From Nitrosopumilus sp. (lineage in GTDB: Archaea > Thermoproteota > Nitrososphaeria > Nitrososphaerales > Nitrosopumilaceae), in the NCBI GenBank assembly GCA_963667665.2, contig OY763927.2:416001-480000 (forward strand): a stretch of DNA of 64,000 bases, in the 5' to 3' direction. The first letter of the stretch is position 1, and each line of letters opens with the position of its first letter. The position numbers and the translations under genes are program-made. The notes below the pieces were generated by a model. The model had not been told where the DNA came from and did no database searches. It saw nothing but the letters and a program-made list of their open reading frames with translations. Positions 60,686-64,000 of the stretch are shown piece by piece.

Positions 60686-60802
60686 ATGAAAAATGCAATG
60701 ATGAAAAATAAAATCAAAGGCATGGGAGTGCCAATGATGTGTTTGATAGGCTCTGAGTATTCTTTCATCTCCCACTTTATAATTTTTGAGGTGTCTCTAT
60801 GA
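60686..60802 (+). CDS. Possible leader ORF coupled to the transposase
   Basis: 38-aa ORF ending in ATGA overlap with the transposase ATG; contains GAGGTG SD. Confidence 0.35.
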   Translation: MKNAMMKNKIKGMGVPMMCLIGSEYSFISHFIIFEVSL

Positions 60803-61906
60803 ACGCAAGACAACAAAGAGCCAAACAAATTATGGAATTGCCAGATTATGCAAAGTTTATCGGAAACAACAAAATCAAGATTAGTTCCCAGACTGACTTG
60901 TCAAAATCATACATCATTTCAAGAACTGAAAACGGATTAATCTGTGTGTCCAGATCACACTACTAGAAAATCAGACTGCAAACACATCAAGACAGCACTT
61001 GAATTAATCAGGAATAACGAGGGTCAAAAACAGACATTTAGAATTATTGAGAGATCACTAATCAAGGTATGCAAGTTCTGTGATTCAGGCAATATTGTAA
61101 AGGCTGGACTAAAGAAAAACAAAAACTCTACTTTGCAGATGTTCAAGTGTCAGGACTGTAAGAAAAGATTTACTACAAACTTTGGATTTGAAAAGAAACA
61201 ATTTGATGAGAACACTATCTGTGGAGCATTACAAATGTACTATTCAGGAATGAGTGTAAGGGATATTTCAAACCATTATGAGATGATGGGAACTGATGTC
61301 AATGAATCTACTGTTTATCGCTGGGTTGACAAATATTCCAAAATGACTGCAAAGTATCTAAACGGTATTGTTCCAAGAGTTGGTGATTGGTTCAGGGCTG
61401 ATGAGGTATGGATTAAAATTAATGGCAAACAAAACTATCTATTTGCTTCAATGGATGATGATACGAGATATTGGTTATCTAGTGATATTGCAGATAACAA
61501 GTTTCATCACAATGCAGATAATTTACTACAATTAACAAAACTCCAAGCTGGTAAGAATCCTAGAAATTTCATTACTGACGGACTATCAGCATACAAGAAA
61601 TCATCCAAGAAAGTATTTGGACCAAAAACAAACCACGTTAGACATATTCATCTCAAAGGAGATATAAACAACAACAAGATGGAACGCCTAAACGGTGAGA
61701 TAAGAGACAGAGAGAAAGTCTTTAGAGGTCTTAAAAGAATGGATACAGGCATACTTGATGGAATGAGAGTTTACTATAATTTCACAAAAAAGCATGGAGC
61801 ATTGAAAGGTAAGACTCCTGCACAGGCTTCAATGATAGAAGTTGATGGTAAGAATCGTTGGAAAACTATCATTCAAAATGCCAGTCTAAGCAAGGATTCG
61901 GAATAA
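60799..61906 (+). pseudogene. IS6-family DDE transposase with N-terminal SWIM and Zn-ribbon, frameshifted
   Basis: ATG 60799 (MNARQQRAKQI..GLIC) shifts at 60943-60949 into CPDH..CKH; CKFC/CQDC ribbon; ADEVWIK, ITDG, NNKMERLNGEIR. Confidence 0.88.
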
Positions 61907-61910
61907 ATCT

Positions 61911-61934
61911 ATATCACTAAGATGCAACAGAACC
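61911..61934 (-). repeat. Right terminal inverted repeat
   Basis: ATATCACTAAGATGCAACAGAACC, 4 nt after the transposase stop. Confidence 0.92.
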
Positions 61935-62705
61935 AAAATTAGAAATGAATTAATCAATTTTGGTCTTACCAAAAGTCAGGCAAAGGTATTCATCTATCTT
62001 GGAAAGTATGGATCGAAGACAGCATCTGAGATAGCAAAAGCATTACAATTGCCTAGAACTGAGACCTACCATCTAGTCAATTCACTTCAAAACATTGGTT
62101 TGGTTTTGGCAGAACTGGCACATCCAACCAAATACACTGCCAAGGATATGAAAGAGGCAATTTCTACACTGGTAAAACAAGAGCAAGAAAGGATTGACAA
62201 TCTAGCTACAAAGGAATCATCTCTTAGTGAAATGTGGAACCAGGTTCCATTTTTTGCCGTAGAAACTGATGAATCAAAATCTGAGAAAATGCAGTTGTTA
62301 CATGGGACTGGTCCAATTATAAATAAAATCAAGGATATGATACATTCTAGCACTGAAGATTTCAGAGTTTATGGAAGCATTTCAGATTTGCAGAGAATGT
62401 ACCATTCAGAAGTATTTGATTGGGTTGATGGTTCTCCAACAAATCTCAAAATGATAGTTTCACCATTAAACAATACCCCCGAATTTCTATCTGAACTAAA
62501 TTCAAATAAAATTAAAGCAATTCCATCAAATACTGAAAACAAGTGTTTCATTGTAAATGACGCAAAAGAGGTTCTCATCTTTATGTGCAATGCGACACAT
62601 CACTCAAGACAGACTTTTGCATGGTGGTCAGACTCTGAAACACTAGTAGATATGATGACTTCCCTATTTGACCTATCTTGGGAAAAAGGAGAGACTCTAT
62701 ATTGA
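61935..62705 (+). pseudogene. TrmB-family regulator, 5'-truncated by the IS
   Basis: Open from the TIR edge: KIRNELINFGLTKSQAKVFIYLGKYGSKTASEIAKALQLPRTETYHL; no ATG/GTG/TTG upstream of the HTH. Confidence 0.8.
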
Positions 62706-62875
62706 ATAGTCAAGTTTTAGTCCTCCAATGTCTACAACAAGAGGTCTCTTTTTTGGCTCAACATTCCATTGATGAAGGCCGAGAACATCTTATTGATCTA
62801 GAGATTGAACACCTAATCAAAATGACAAATGATGTTGTCATGAAGATCAAACAACAAACAAGGGAGTTGTCATAA
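62702..62875 (+). CDS. Small helical protein, KMTxDV family
   Basis: TTGA overlap with the trmB stop; paralog of 46575. Confidence 0.75.
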   Translation: MNSQVLVLQCLQQEVSFLAQHSIDEGREHLIDLEIEHLIKMTNDVVMKIKQQTRELS

Positions 62876-63039
62876 TGGACGTATGTGATACTAGACACGA
62901 TCCAAAATATCAAGTTAAATATTATTCTGCTAAAGGTAGTAACTACAATCCTTTATGGTTAGTATGTGATTCATGTATGGAAAATAAACGATGCTTTAGT
63001 GATAAAGAACAAATAGTATCAATAGAGGCATTGGTATGA
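62875..63039 (+). CDS. 54-aa zinc-finger protein, CxxRHDPKY..WLVCxxC family
   Basis: MDVCDTRHDPKYQVKYYSAKGSNYNPLWLVCDSCMENKRCFSDKEQIVSIEALV*; TAATG-coupled; paralog of 46766. Confidence 0.75.
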   Translation: MDVCDTRHDPKYQVKYYSAKGSNYNPLWLVCDSCMENKRCFSDKEQIVSIEALV

Positions 63040-63373
63040 AGTTCTGTAAAACTGCTCTAAATCATTTAATTTTGGAAAAAATGATTGTTGTTCAATTGAT
63101 TACTATTTAGAGAATCTACAATTCAGACTAGCAGAATGCTTTAGAAATGATACTAGTCATACCCAAATTCTCTCATACACATGAATAAAATCTTCTTCAG
63201 GTTTTAATCTTAGATTAAAGCATTTGATTTTGATATCTGATGATTGGGTTATGTCATATTTGTCTTAGATCTGGTGTTGAACTAGTAATTTCAAAAGAAG
63301 AAATAATTTGTAAATATTGTTATGATAAAAACAATGCAAAAAACTAAATCTGTTATATTTAGAACAAAGAGAA

Positions 63374-64000
63374 ATGAAATTAGCAGTTTTTGCTCATTGT
63401 GCAATTGATACTATAACAATTGATAATCATAATTATGAACAAATTGGTGGTTCTGCCTGTTATTGTGGTATTACTGCGAGACAGTTCAAATTCGATGTAG
63501 ATTTATTTACAAAATTTGGACCTGATTTTCCAAAACAATATCTCACTGAAAATAAAATAAATTTTATAAATGCTGAATCAGAAAAAAAAACTACTAAATT
63601 TGCTATTTCTGTAAATGGTTCTGATAGAATTCTTACACTTGAAAATGAATGTGATCCAATAGATTATTCTAGTGTTGATGCTGATGGACATATTGTAAGT
63701 CCCATATATCATGAAATTTCTAATGATACTTTGAAAAAAATCAAAAGCAATTCTAATTTTCTTTTAGTTGACCCTCAGGGTTTTATGAGAAAAAAAGATT
63801 CTCAAAATAATATTATTTTAGAAAATACTAATCTTGATTTATCAAATGTTAATGCAATAAAGGTAAACCCTGAAGAAGCACAACACATTGTTAATGGCAC
63901 TAATGATGAAATAATGTTGGCATTGCAGAAAAAGGGAATTGAATACGTATTACTGACAAATAAAACTGATGTATCACTTTTGGTAAAAGACAAAATTTAT
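63374..64000 (+). CDS. PfkB/ribokinase-family sugar kinase (partial, runs off the window)
   Basis: MKLAVFAHCAID..QIGGSACY..TKFGPDF..VDPQG..KVNPEEA; open to the window end. Confidence 0.85.
   Translation, partial: MKLAVFAHCAIDTITIDNHNYEQIGGSACYCGITARQFKFDVDLFTKFGPDFPKQYLTENKINFINAESEKKTTKFAISVNGSDRILTLENECDPIDYSSVDADGHIVSPIYHEISNDTLKKIKSNSNFLLVDPQGFMRKKDSQNNIILENTNLDLSNVNAIKVNPEEAQHIVNGTNDEIMLALQKKGIEYVLLTNKTDVSLLVKDKIY

Larger units (their letters stand above)
58894..61934 (+). mobile_element. IS6-family element carrying passenger genes
   Basis: Perfect 24-bp TIRs GGTTCTGTTGCATCTTAGTGATAT at 58894-58917 and its reverse complement at 61911-61934; IS6 DDE transposase inside; no target duplication. 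Confidence 0.92.

Noticed and set aside
60415-60828. Track ORFs 60415-60609 (+) and 60643-60828 (-)
   Set aside because: Antisense to the zinc-finger gene and to the transposase leader; no motifs.
63040-63060. AGTTCTGTAAAACTG as another IS6 end
   Set aside because: Lacks the terminal GG, matches only about 9 nt and has no partner or transposase.
63157-63290. Minus-strand protein-like fragment (DKYDITQSSDIKIKCFNLRLKPEEDFIHVYERIWV*)
   Set aside because: No start codon or recognisable family; may be a remnant but cannot be supported.
1-64000. CRISPR arrays, tRNA or rRNA genes
   Set aside because: No regularly spaced repeats or long GC-rich structured RNA segments were seen on manual reading; tRNAscan-SE and Infernal would be needed to exclude small RNAs.

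Overview
AT-rich archaeal chromosome segment with gene content typical of an ammonia-oxidising Nitrosopumilaceae (Thaumarchaeota/Nitrososphaerota). It carries TFB, TBP, Rpo6, S25e/S26e, PolB1, Hef, NreA, parvulin, CysRS/MetRS/ThrS, the 3HP/4HB-cycle methylmalonyl-CoA mutase/MeaB/epimerase genes, PPDK/TpiA and a polyhydroxyalkanoate cluster (hydrolase-phaR-phaP converging on phaC-phaE). No rRNA, tRNA or CRISPR array was seen. The most unusual structure is a 3.04-kb IS6-family element (58894-61934) with perfect 24-bp terminal inverted repeats and a second, nested IS6-like end. It carries a SWIM-finger transposase, a divergent C4 zinc-finger microprotein, 16-bp direct repeats, and a decayed single-gene fusion of a beta-class DNA methyltransferase with an HNH nuclease. 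It truncates a TrmB regulator at its right end. Its three frameshifts can each be repaired by restoring one dinucleotide repeat unit. The window also holds a duplicated, translationally coupled two-gene microprotein module (helical 'KMTxDV' protein plus 'CxxRHDPKY..WLVCxxC' zinc finger), many unannotated zinc-finger microproteins, and several pseudogenes confined to accessory genes. All calls come from manual motif reading; no database searches were run.
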